Assembly (NCBI GenBank): GCA_012295275.1
Contig: CM022679.1
Location: forward strand, 5,580,001 to 5,644,000
Direction of reading: 5' to 3'
Length of the DNA stretch: 64,000 nucleotides
From: Chrysomallon squamiferum
Lineage: Eukaryota > Animalia > Mollusca
Shown here: positions 51,331 through 64,000 of the stretch, piece by piece
Layout: every line of letters starts with the position of its first letter
Numbering within the stretch: position 1 is the first letter of the stretch
Made by a program: the position numbers and the translations under genes
The notes under the pieces: generated by a model
Database searches by the model: none
Seen by the model: the letters and a program-made list of their open reading frames with translations, nothing else
Told to the model about the DNA's origin: nothing

Positions 51331-53291
51331 TTATGTGCACCACAACACAAATATTTTACCAACACCACAACCACATTTGTAAACAATGAAACATAAACTA
51401 ACTCGTTCGGTTCTTCCGCATTTGACGACAGATATCAGCCGCTTATAGACGGCCTGCAATATAGGATATCGGCCTTGTCCACAAAATTCACCAGTAAAAT
51501 CATCTTGATCCACAGTCCAGTAAGAAACTCCACCAAATCCATTGTCTTTAACATAACAAGCCTAAAACAGTTTGGTAATCTCGTTATCATGTGTGTGATT
51601 TGATGGTTTTCCTTATCATGGGCATTTACTAATTATCATGTGTATGTTTTGATGTGAGATGTGACTATGTCTCTTCCATTTTTTGAAAAAATCATTTTCC
51701 TTACGGAATAGCTAACTTACTCCTGTTTCACTACGAATGTGGAGATATACGAGTGTGTAAAAAATAATAATACAGTTACAGTTTTAAAAAAAACCTAATA
51801 TTTTCTTAATATAAAACAAAAATGCAAATTTAATTTGTATTTTCAGGGATATAATGAATACAGAGAAAATTGTTTTCAAGAAACAAAACTGATTAACAAA
51901 TAAAATAAAATAAAATGAATATTAAATGAATATTAAACACAAAAACAAAAACAAACAAATAAACAAACAAACAAACAAACAAACAAATAAATAATATTAA
52001 ATAAAAATATATCTGATGATTGCATTTTAGAAACCTGCCTTGTATCCAGCGCTTTCGACGTTCTCACATCCAGCCCACCAGTTTCCTTTAACATAATAGA
52101 AAACCTTTTGATCTGGTATGTATCTTTTTTCCGCTCCATTGGCTACCATAGTACATAGCTATTACACAAGATAAGAGAAACAAAACACACATTCGCACTA
52201 GAATAAGTTAAGTAAAGGAATCAATCAATGAACTATATATAAACAAGTAATACATATTCTACCACATTCTCTGTCTTTTAATTTTTTTCATCTCGATTTG
52301 TCTCTTCATCCTATCTTTTCGTACTTTCTGTCTCTGCACCTCCTTTTAATTTATCCCATTAGCTGTCCATGTATTAATTTGTCTCTCTCTTCCAATTTAG
52401 ACTTTTTTATTATCTGTCTGGCTGCATACATTACAGTCCATGTGCAGTTAATTATGTATTAATTTGTATGTGTGGTGAATTAGTGTGTGAATGTGTGTAT
52501 GTGTGTGTATTTAATCACCTCATAATAAGATATCTGTCCATCCGTTTTAGTAAATGGGGCTTTCGGTCCCACAACTCCGGGTGCACCTAAACCATTTTGA
52601 TTCGATGTAAGAGTGAAAGTTGTTCCATATGTTGGTATACTAACAAGAAGCTTTCCTTTAGGGCAGTATTGTGCCCAATATTTCATTACATAATCCTACA
52701 GTAATCATATGTAATAATCACAAATAAATTAGGTAACATACATATGTTATCATACACCAGTAACATACAAACAGTTAACAACAACAACATTATATTACAA
52801 GTATTATTTATTATATATTATATAAAACTAACAATTACCACTACAACTGTTATCCCTACTACTACAGCTTGTTCTACCACTACTTTTACTACTACTATAA
52901 TATTAGTGCTCTTACTGTTGGTAGTACTAGCAGTGCTACTGCTACAATATTAGTGTTATTATTACTACTACTGCTTTTAATAAAATAATAATATTAGTAT
53001 TAATTGAAGTCATAGTTGTAGTGGGTGGTACTGAAGGTAGTGGTGGTGGTGGTGATGCTGGTGGTAAGTTCAGAAATAAAAGTCACAAAAATATTTGTTT
53101 TCCCCCAAAAAACTAAAATTGGTGTTGCGATATCCATAAAATGTTTGTGTTGTATAGTACATATAGCATTGTGTATTCTGAATACATATTATTTTCTTAT
53201 GTATATTGTCTGTTTCCGTGTTTGTTTCATTGCTTTTGTACGTTTGTTTCTTGTTGATTTTTATTTGTGTTTTGTTTTTCTTGTTGTTTTT

Positions 53292-53324
<33 letters not shown>

Positions 53325-55888
53325 TTGGTTTTCTGTTTCTGACAATATTACTAATACAATTTACTTACTGTTGTCAACCTTTTATTCCACCCCCAAGCAC
53401 CTTTCGACGCATACAGTGGACTGCTATGCCCAGTGTGTCGATTCCATCCTCCATGAAAATTGTAGGTCATGACATTTATATAATCGACAAATCTGAAATG
53501 ATAGGTTAAGACAGCATAACACGAAAAACAAAATAGGAGGGTTCATACCGTGGCAAGACCATACCAGTGATCCGAGCAAGTAAGTTCAATCTATCGCTGA
53601 GGAACAGCCTGCCACTACACAGGATTTACTTACTTACTTATTTATTTATTTACTTATTCAATAATTCATTTATTTATTTTGTTGCTGTTGTTGTTCTTGT
53701 GTAAGAAACTGTTTAATCTAGGAAACCTCCCAAATGTACAATGTTGATTTTGTTAAATCATTTAAGAGTAAGGCAAAAAAAATAACAATAACAGTAATAA
53801 CAAGAAAATTAATAATAATAATAATAACAACAATAACGACAGCAAAAATATAACGACAATAATAACAATGATAATGATAATAATAATAATAATAACAGGA
53901 ACAATAATAATAATATCAAAACGTGTGAAAAACGTATTAATTAGGATGCTGTTAATACTAATGCGAAAACATATTAATAATGAAAGAATACAGTTATTAA
54001 ATGTGTGAAAAACTTATTAATACTTAAACAGTTGAAAACAGATTTATAACTGCACGGGTAATCGCTAAAACTTGTCTGAATAAGCGGATTAGCTCTCAGT
54101 ACAGTTAGCCTTTGAGTGGTTGTCAGTACAAACCTGCACACTTTGTCCAGTTCATAACCTCTCTTTATTTTCTCAATTCCAGCTGATACAGATACTCCCA
54201 GCATCAGTTTCGGCTTTCCAGTGTTTCTAGACTCTGTGTCAAAAGCCTTCCTTAGCTCCTAAAAATTCAACAAACGACCATGTTGTAATTTCACTACTGT
54301 TATTCGACCCTTTAAACATTTACTGCGTTGCTGGAGTAATAAATTATGTTTTATGTTATTTGTACTTACCTGTACAAGGGTGGTGAATCTAGTTTTGTCT
54401 GATAAAGGACTTCCTCTGCTGCCTGGGTAATTCCAGTCCAAATCAAGACCTTGAAAACTATGTTTTCGTAAGAACGCTGTTGTGTTTGTCGCAAAATATT
54501 TTATTCTTTCTAAGTTGGCGACAAGCTTAGTAAAGATTTTAGTGCCTATGTTCCATCCGCCCACAGAAAGAAGTGTTTTCACGTTAGGGTACATTTTAAC
54601 AGCGTCATTAAACAATTGGTACCTTTAATAATAAAACTACAAATAAGGAAAAGAAGAAGAAAGAAAGAAATGGTGATAATACTTCTGTCACAACAACATC
54701 TTATAATTAGTTATACTACTAATAATAATTACTGTGACATCTTTCACGTAATAATACTATAACCACTGCAACTACTAATAGTAGCAGTTTTGATTATGAT
54801 GATGACGGTACCACAACTATATATACTGACGTATGAATGTAAGTATTAATTACAACTGATGTAAGTACTACTTGCAACTTGCGTTTTTATATAAGTACTG
54901 TTTGTAAATGAAGTTTGTTCAAATCCTATATGTAGCGAGCATTAATATAAATGTTTGTAACTGACATATTGATGTAAGTACTAGATGTAATTTCTAGGTC
55001 TGACTGACCTAATGATACTAATAGTATTTGTGACTGACGTTTGGATGTAAGTACTGTATGTAACTGACATACTGATATAAGTACGGTCTGTATCTGATGT
55101 ACTGATATAAGCACTATGTGAAATTCACGTATTCATGGAAGTATTGTTTGTAACTAAATATAACTATTCGTCTTACATTCCTTCTCCAGTATTCAAAACC
55201 TCATTTCCTTCTTCTATTGCCATAACAACTAGAAGAACACAGTATAACATATTTATCAGTACACTTAAATACAAATTAATTTTACTGCTGTTAAACACAT
55301 AGATACGCACACATATATATCATATATAATGCAAACATACATACGAAAATGCATATACATAAACACACTTCCTATGTAATATAGTGCAAGCTAATTAGCA
55401 TTACAACTAAACCAAACAAAAAATCCTATAATATAAACTATAAATCAACTGAGACCCCTATAGAAAACTTAAGATAATGAATGTTGTTTATTAAAAAAAA
55501 AGTCTTAAATACATATAGACGAACATACAAACATATATAGATACATTATTGCATAAAAATACAAATACACACACACACATGTCATGTATAATGTTTCTGA
55601 GTAGATCATTATGTAGATGATTACATCATTATCATCATCATCATCATCAGTATATCTTTCTTTTACAAACGAACCTTTATTGTTAGCACTGGTTATGAGC
55701 GTAGAACTGCAGTAAACCAAATGTGTACATAGCGAGACGTCTATATCTTTTGGTACAAATTTTCCTTTCCCAGGTCTGTTCGGAGCCGAGTTACTATAGT
55801 AGCAAACTCTCAAGAAATTGTCACCTAGTTATACAAGGAAATTAGAATTATATCGACGTGGATCATCAATTTGCTATGTCCTACATTT

Positions 55889-55973
<85 letters not shown>

Positions 55974-56017
55974 TGTGTATTCAGTGTGTCTGATTCTTTA
56001 TCATCATCATAGTCATC

Positions 56018-56056
<39 letters not shown>

Positions 56057-56136
56057 TTTCGAATCGTACCGTAACTTGGAACCGACAAGAATATTATCGT
56101 CAGAAACATTAGAACAGAAACTGTTAGAGTAGTCAT
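51331..56136 (-). CDS. Secreted GH18 chitinase-like protein (predicted inactive chi-lectin), about 432 aa
   Basis: Minus-strand exons 56136-56070 (signal-peptide-like MTTLTVSVLMFLTIIFLSVPSYG), 55824-55675 (RVCYYSN...CTHLVY), 55228-55177, 54622-54370 (KTLLSVGGWN...FQGLDLDWNYPG), 54258-54134, 53492-53369 (VDYINVMTYNFHGGW), 52695-52519 (KLLVSIPTYG), 52158-52039, 51561-51331 (GFGGVSYWTVDQDDFTG..C..GRYP). Total 1299 nt in frame. No CBM14 domain seen. Confidence 0.9.
54930..55157. repeat. Degenerate 30-bp minisatellite in a chitinase-like intron
   Basis: Units such as tgtaactgacatactgatataagtacggtc and tgtatctgatgtactgatataagcactatg; 10-aa periodicity in the spurious ORF 54926-55114. Confidence 0.75.
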
Positions 56137-56508
56137 CTATAAGCAAGAGATTAACAAAAGATAAAATACATTAAAATCTTCACATGTGAATAAATGAATG
56201 TATAAATACAGCTTCAGTAACATCTTAGGCTATAACAAAACAAACCACAGCCAATAGGTGTGTGTACCCAAAAAATCTAAATTTATACTGAAACATACAA
56301 CATGCCAAACTACACACACTGTCTGCCATCTCTTAAACGCTGTGGAAAATCTGTGAATACCAAAGTAGCCCTTTCTTACGAAGAAACTTGCCATATCCAT
56401 TTCTTGTTGTCCCAGTAACGAAACAAATTCATAGCCGTTTTGTCGCAAAAATACAGTGCCAAAATCGTCAACTTCGATGCACTGTTTATATATATTTATC
56501 ATAATCAT

Positions 56509-56550
<42 letters not shown>

Positions 56551-57933
56551 ACGATTACGATATATATAAGCTATATATAAGCTATATATTATATATATAT
56601 ATAAGCTGTATTTATACATTCAGTTATTCACATATGAATATTTTAATCTACATATATATATATATATAAACATAAATTAGTATATGCAATTCAAAACTAA
56701 TTTGGTGGTAAGCTATTTCTCATGAAATACATGATAGGGATCTAACAATATGGAATATTGCAACATTTATATGAAAAGAGAAGAAATCAAAGTAAATATA
56801 ACAAAACAGAACAAGAACAAATGTATTTCACAACGCAGAATAAGATAAAAATATGTTAAAACACAAAACGGTATTTACCGTGATTAAGTCTTCTGTTTCT
56901 GTTCAGTACTGCGGGCGAATAATTTCAGATTATTTTTATACCTTTCCTGAACATACAAGTGCTAGTTTTCGAAACGTGCAGAATTCTCATTGGCTCAGTG
57001 TTAAACTACGATTTGAAATTACCTTACGCAAATTTTGCTGACACAGAATATCTGAGATAAAACGTATGTGTCATAATTACTGCTGTTGTTGTTGTGTAAA
57101 ATACAAACTGAGAATATCGCGTGCAATTAAATCGCATAATTAAATTATTACAAAGCTCTGTCAGAAGAAATCTATTGATGCGTGTTCAAGTTCCTGTTTC
57201 TTCTATTTATTGTGTTCAGTCTTTGCTAATGATTACATACAACAATACAGTTACATGTTTACAAGACTGCAAACAGCCTGACAGAAACCGTGTCTTCTAT
57301 GTTAATTAGTGAACAGAAATAAAAAATATATTTCAGTGAAGCTAAATCCTCAGTTTAACAGGGATTTTTCTATTTTCTTTGCACCAAATAATAAAATCGA
57401 ATAAAAATTTTCGTTTTCCTTCATCACTTATAATTTTATTGAAATTCTTTATTGGAAGTAAAGATTTGTACCTGAACACAAGACTGTAAATCTTTAGTGT
57501 ACAAAATATATTTAAATAATTGTGTTGCTTTGCTTAATCATAAGAAAAGATGGGTGACAAAAATAAACTAAGCAATCACTTGAATGTATGCCGAATTTTG
57601 AACACACCGTTTCTATCTCTACAATTACAATTCAGTATTTTTATTGTGTCCGTTATTGATTATGGCATGCAGATCTTTCCTGCTTTTGAAGTACAGCTGT
57701 GACTATATTATTAGTCAGTTTGTGTGTGTTCAAGTAACTGTTCAATGCAGCTAAATCCTCAGCTTAACAAGGATTTTGCTATACTTCTCTTCACATAAAG
57801 AGATTTAAAATTTCAAATAAAATTTCTCCTTCATTCATGAGAGCTTTATATTTTATTGAAAATCTTTATTAATAAAGATTTGTACCTGAACACAAGATGA
57901 TAACTCTTCAGTGTACAAAATATCTTTAAGTAA

Positions 57934-58048
<115 letters not shown>

Positions 58049-60187
58049 GTTGTTGTTGTTGTTGTTGTTTTAATATAACTGAAATGTTTATATATGATAG
58101 ATTCCTTTAGAAGAACAGAAATTTGTTGTTATTAATTAATTTATATTTGATTCAATATTTCAAAATGTTAGGTTTTTTTATCATAATAGAAATTTGTTCT
58201 TTATTTAATACAGTTTGAAACAATTTTATCACAACTTTTACTAGTGTTTTATTCATTTTTAGAACAATTTCTAAATTGAATATTTTTGTTATTATAGTGT
58301 TTGTCAAAATATACTTTTCAAATTGAGTATAAAAAATTGTTTAAACCAACTTGCCTCTGATTATAACAGTGTTTGAACTTTTACTTTGTTTCATTTACAA
58401 ATAGATAACCTTCTACATTTTCTATACCATTCCTGTTATATTTCTTTGGCCTCTTCAGAAAACGTTTGTTTCTAAAATATTTAGAAAATGAAATAAAGAA
58501 AAAAAAGGAGTATTTCAAAGGTTAGTGCCACATAATTTCAGCAACTCTTAAGAAGAAGCTGTATGGCACAAAAATTGATGTACAGAGAATTCCCTAGTGT
58601 TCATAGCCACTGCTGGCCTTGACGTGTAGTCAACAAGTAAAAAAAAAAATCTAAATACAAAATTTCAATGCAAATGAAATTATAACAGTTATATTACAAG
58701 ATTCTTGCTAAGGAAAATGTTACACTTTATTAATGATCTGGTAACAATTAATAATTTTATCTAGTTACCGAAGGTATTTTAACTTTTTTAATTTAAATTT
58801 TGATTTCAGTCATTCTTATTTTGATATTAATCATAGAACTAGAAAATAATAAATTATGTATTTTATTTACACAGATTTGTGTTTGTGAAAATATAAGAGA
58901 GTTAGAATGATATATAAGTATTTATAAGCTGATTTATTTTTCAATTTTTTAACTTACATAACAATGGGATATTTGGTTTTCTTGATTCAGTAATATATTG
59001 TGTAGAAAACATGAGTATAAAAATCTCTTAACAAACAAAACTATTAGATACACTTCTTTTTAAATTTATAATATGGCATAATAATAATACGTCTTTTAAA
59101 ATCTAGCATTCGTGCAGTAAAATTTCTGATATGGGATATTTATTTATAACAAGATATTTATTCAAGTAATGTTAAGACATGAATATATTTTTACAACCAA
59201 CTATTTTTGTAGCGTTTGTATATTGATTTTTTTTTATTATTTTTTTTTATTCTTTTTTATAAATGACATAATAAAGACATATTTGGTTTTCTTGATTCAG
59301 TAATATATTGTGTTGAAAACGTGAGTATAAAAATCTTTTGACAAACAAAACTATTACATCCACTTTTTTCTAATTTATAATATGGCATAATAATAATAGG
59401 TCTTTTAAAATCTAGCTTTCATGCAGAAAAATTCCTTATATGGGATATTTATTTATAACGAGATATTTATACAAGTAATAGTAAGACATGAATATATTTT
59501 TACAACCAACTATTTTTGTAGAATTTGTATATGAAACCTCTTTTTAAAATAATATTTGTTGAAACATTTTTCAAGTACATATTTTTTAAATAATATTTTC
59601 ATTCACTGTTTAACAGTTTGTTATCACAGTGTAGGTGAATCCGAATACATAATTAAGTGCTTTGAAATTAGAAAAATGTAAAAATTTACTGTAAATGTTC
59701 TGAGACTGTAAATTAAAAAAAGGAAAATAAAAATATAAAAACAAATTTAATATTAAGTTTACAATTTATTCTCCTTAGCAGTGTTTATGAACGCATTTAG
59801 CATAGACAATAATTCAGACAAATTGTAGAAACTTTTTCTTGTTTTAATGTTGGTAAATTCAGTGCATAGTACATCGTACTGGTACCTAAATATATCAAGA
59901 AATTTCCACTTGAATAAGTGCACCTTTCTATTTTTTTTATCATATATTCTTATAAATTCTAATTTTTATATCTTTAAAAAAGAAGTGAAATTAATGTAAT
60001 GTTTCGATTCAATGAAAGTACATGTAGATTTGGTTATTTTCTTTAAGATATTAATTTATGAATTAATAAAGGAACCAGCTATAGTTTTAGTTTTAACCTC
60101 AACATTAATTATCAGGTAAATATCTTATATATATATACATACATACATACATACATACATACATACATACATACATACATACATACA

Positions 60188-60852
60188 CAGTGGTACGTCG
60201 AGTACGAGTGCTCCAACTTACGAGTTTTCTGAGTTACGTGTACTCCAACTTCCGCCCAGCATTCCGAGTTACGAGTTTGACTTTTGATTCACGCCATCAC
60301 TAGTTGGTTCTGCATCGAACTTTATACAATTTCCGCCCAGCATCCCGAAAGTTGAAAGGACAGTTTGATTTCAAGAAGGTTACCACCTCTCCGTGGAAGC
60401 ATCTTTGTTCTGTTGTTCTATTCATGAGAGAGGTGTGCGTATAGTCGACATGTCTAGGCAGTACGAGCGCAGTACTTTTACGATATGTACATATTGAAGC
60501 AGAAGTCGTCGAAATGGGCAATAATTCCAGCCAAACCCGTTATAATAATTTCTAAGCTGCGGACATCTGTCCATGAAAAGATGGAGAAACCCTAACCCTA
60601 TACATTTTACAAAACCAATTTATATCTTTTCATTCTCTTTTATTTTGTTTTTATACAATATATGTTATATATACATACATTTTTTTTCTTCAGTAACACG
60701 TTACAAAAATTTGGGCTGTTTTTTGGAGAGGCTGGGACGGATTAATAATACTTCAATTAATATCATTTCGGAAAATTGATTTGATATACGAACAAATTGA
60801 GATACGAGCTCGAACACGAAACGAATTAAATTCATAAGTCAAGACACCACTG
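60188..60852 (+). mobile_element. Tigger/pogo deletion derivative, duplicated copy of 47425-48173
   Basis: TIRs cagtggtacgtcgag and cataagtcaagacaccactg followed by TA; remnant HERGVRIVDMSRQYERST; same flanks as the 47.4 kb copy. Confidence 0.8.
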
Positions 60853-60859
60853 TATATAC

Positions 60860-60904
<45 letters not shown>

Positions 60905-62155
60905 TGTGTGTGTGTTAAACATTTTCTACACCAAAACTGATCCACATTTTAAAATGATCTCCGTTTTAACAGATCTATATATATATCATTATATTGATGA
61001 TTTGTCTATTTTTTTATTATTATAATAAATAACATAAACTTTCATCCACATGATTTTGTTTTTTATTTTATAAGTTAATATTTTAGATTTTTGAGGAGGT
61101 TCTTATTGTTTGTTTTTGTTTCGTTCTGTGTTTGTTTGGGTTTTTTCTATATAAATGTTTATAATAAAGAGATGAAATAGAACCAATACTGTGATAAAAC
61201 TAAAAATATTTTAGATTTTTTAAATTTTATTTATTGTTAGAAAAATCATAAATCATTGTTTTAAAGAATGACCAACTATTAAAGTAATCTGCACTGAACA
61301 AAAGGATTCATTTTGAAAATTAAGATGTATATATTTTCAGATTTGTTCTTCTTAATGATTATTTTACATTTGAACCTAGAAAACAACAAACTGTACCAAA
61401 ATGTTCACTAAAAAGTATCTAATGAGGTCATACTGTTATAATAAATTATGACAGATGTAAACTGAACTGCAAGGAAATTGTATTCCGTTCTAACAGGTAA
61501 TCTGTTTAAATAAAAGTAAAAAACAATGCACCAAATCCAGTCTGTAAATAAAAACAACAAGTACTAGTACAACAACAAAACAACAATTTGTTAGAAAAAA
61601 AACAGATTCATCCAATCTTATGGTTTAGGGGAGATGACTCTAAACTATCAAACGTTTATCATAATGAATTATTTTCCGTACTCGATAAACTAAATGAAAA
61701 ACCACACCCCAGAAGGAAAAAAAATATCTTTGGTAGAACTGATAAGAAAAAGTTACGATTTTTTATTTGAATACAATTTTCGGGTATTTTTCCATTAGAA
61801 TCTATGCAGAAACTGTAATCCATTTCTTTCATTTATGCACCACAAACACATAATATCTCGAATACGTTCAGACAATATATTATATATAAAAATGAAGCTA
61901 ATGAATTCTGGAGCAGTACAGCTATATGTTGCTAACATTCATTAATTTTCAATGAATTAATTAATTGGGCTAATTAGATCAAATGTACCTTACGCCTTAA
62001 TTATGTAACTCTAAAAACTAGACCAGAATATAAAACTTTATTTTATGACTGCTGAACTGTAAAGGCCTTAAGCTTTTTCTTTTTTTCTTTTTTCATTTAT
62101 TTATTTATTTATTTATCTATGTATTTGTTTATTTTTTATTATTATTATTTTAATG

Positions 62156-62203
<48 letters not shown>

Positions 62204-62389
62204 AAATAAAACCATAAAGCAATATAATTTTATTATTATTATTATTACTATCTGTATTTTTCTTTATTTTTTCAAATGCAGTGCACTATTAAATGTACAT
62301 TCCAGCTGATTCGTTCATACTTTGCATTAGAAATAAAACCATCAAAGCAATTTAATTTTTATTATATTCTCTCTGCATATCAGTTCCTA

Positions 62390-62482
<93 letters not shown>

Positions 62483-63617
62483 TTTCAAAAATATCAACAT
62501 TAAAGCGAGAGAGAGATTTTAATCAACATTTGACATTGTCTTTATAGTCACACTTTTTAGAGACCGGATTAAATACCAAATTCGGAGGACAATTCATCAA
62601 AACTGCTCTTCCCTGATCACATTTGAAGTACGTAGAACAGTCATCGGGATTACGAATACTACCTATCACAATAGTAAGTCAATTAGTAAGTTTAGGAAAA
62701 TAAGAAAGAAGGTAAAAAATTGAATGCGTAATTAAATAAATAAGAATGACAGAAAGAAGGGAAATAGAAATTCAATAAGTAATTTATCAGTAAGTAATAA
62801 AAAATAAGAAAGAATGTAAGTGAATAAACGAAAAATTAAATAAACAGAAAGAAAGAAAAAAGAAAGTAAATAAGTAATTGATTAGTAAAAAAGAAAAGAT
62901 AAAAAAGAATGTAAATGAATAAATGAGAATCTTTTAAAAAAGAAGTAATAATTTAAAAAATTAGTAAGAAAGTGATTAAGTAGCAGATAAATAAGTTAGA
63001 AAATACGTAAGTCAGTAGGTAAATAGATAAGTAAGAAAGAAAGCAGCCAAGTAGGAAACATTGCATACATACATACATACAAACATACACACGTTCATAC
63101 ATACCTACACGCGTGTCTCTTATTTCTAAAAGTTTTGTGGGAGAATGGCTAGAACAGGAAATCAGTATAAAAATGTTGTTGTCAGATAATAACATACCTG
63201 TCTTTGTAGGGTTCACATAGCCGGAAGAAGGTGAAGGAATCGGTAACAACTTCTTTCTGGAACAGTCAAATATATTATGTACAGTATTTTTCCTTTTTTA
63301 AAAACATATATTTATTTTCAAATTCCAACAACAAAACAAAAGAATTAAAAACATCAATTTTCATAAATTATTTTAAAAACCATCACATAAATATTTTAAA
63401 ACCCAAAATCATTGTTTCAAACATTTTATATAAAAACAATTCAACTGCCTAATATATTCACCACATCAAAAATCTCAAATTACGAAAACAAATATTTCGT
63501 TTTACATCTGCAACATAATGTCTAATTTACAAATTTTATTTCCATAAATATTAAGAAAACATCACAAAACAAATCAAGTAACAACAAAATATTTTATTAC
63601 ACCACAACATAAATATT

Positions 63618-63923
63618 TTATATACACAACAAAAAGCCAATATTTTTATACAAAAAAAAAAATATTTTTAAAATTTTCATTACATAAATATTTTTTGTAC
63701 ACCACAACACAAAATATTTTACCAACACCACAACCACATTTGTAAACAATGAAACATAAACTAACTCGTTCTGTTCTTCGCATTTGACGACAGATATCAG
63801 CCGCTTATAGACGGCCTGCAATATAGGATATCGGCCTTCTCCACAAAATTCACCAGTAAAATCATCTTGATCCACAGTCCAGTAAGAAACTCCACCAAAT
63901 CCATTGTTTTTAACATAACAAGC
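63618..63923 (-). CDS. Last exon of a second GH18 chitinase-like paralog (rest lies beyond the window end)
   Basis: Acceptor at 63924-63925; ACYVKNNGFGGVSYWTVDQDDFTGEFCGEGRYPILQAVYKRL is nearly identical to 51561-51331. The C-terminal tail is in a different frame, so the stop position is uncertain. Confidence 0.85.
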   Translation of the reverse strand, partial: ACYVKNNGFGGVSYWTVDQDDFTGEFCGEGRYPILQAVYKRLISVVKCEEQNELVYVSLFTNVVVVLVKYFVLWCTKNIYVMKILKIFFFLYKNIGFLLCI

Positions 63924-64000
63924 CTAAAATAGTTTGGTAATCTCGTTATCATGTGTGTGTTTTGATTGAGATGGTGGACTATGTACTCGTTATCATGGGT

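Noticed and set aside
54930-55157. 30-bp periodic repeats as a CRISPR-like array
   Set aside because: Degenerate head-to-tail units with no unique spacers, eukaryotic intron context and no cas genes.

Overview
Very AT-rich, microsatellite-rich, intron-containing animal genomic DNA; the gene and repeat content look invertebrate, possibly molluscan, but the taxon cannot be fixed from sequence alone. The window holds a tandem array of two + strand TRPM-family (TRPM2-like) cation channel genes. Copy A (191-14886) is 5'-truncated by the window edge and carries two 1-nt indels. Copy B (about 25020-45684, 25 exons, about 1089 aa by my splice model) is open. Both keep the MHR/TM/TRP-box core but end without a NUDT9-H domain. 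Facing them tail-to-tail are two - strand GH18 chitinase-like genes: one complete (51331-56136) with the catalytic Glu replaced by Asn, and one represented only by its last exon. They lie in a roughly 12.5 kb duplicated unit that also carries TRPM 3'-UTR-like sequence and a Tigger-type element. Mobile DNA includes an I/Nimb-like LINE with a nested hAT remnant, a Ginger/KRBA2-integrase-like TIR element with a nested LINE fragment, and two Tigger-like elements. The most unusual observations are a family of frame-neutral micro-exon cassettes reused at two positions of TRPM-B and decayed in TRPM-A, near-identity of the transmembrane exons between paralogs whose cytosolic exons have diverged, a length-conserving splice-acceptor replacement, loss of the last coding exon in B, and a CpG-rich island with two perfect kappaB motifs upstream of B. 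All gene models were built by hand from GT/AG sites and frame continuity; no database search or expression data support them.
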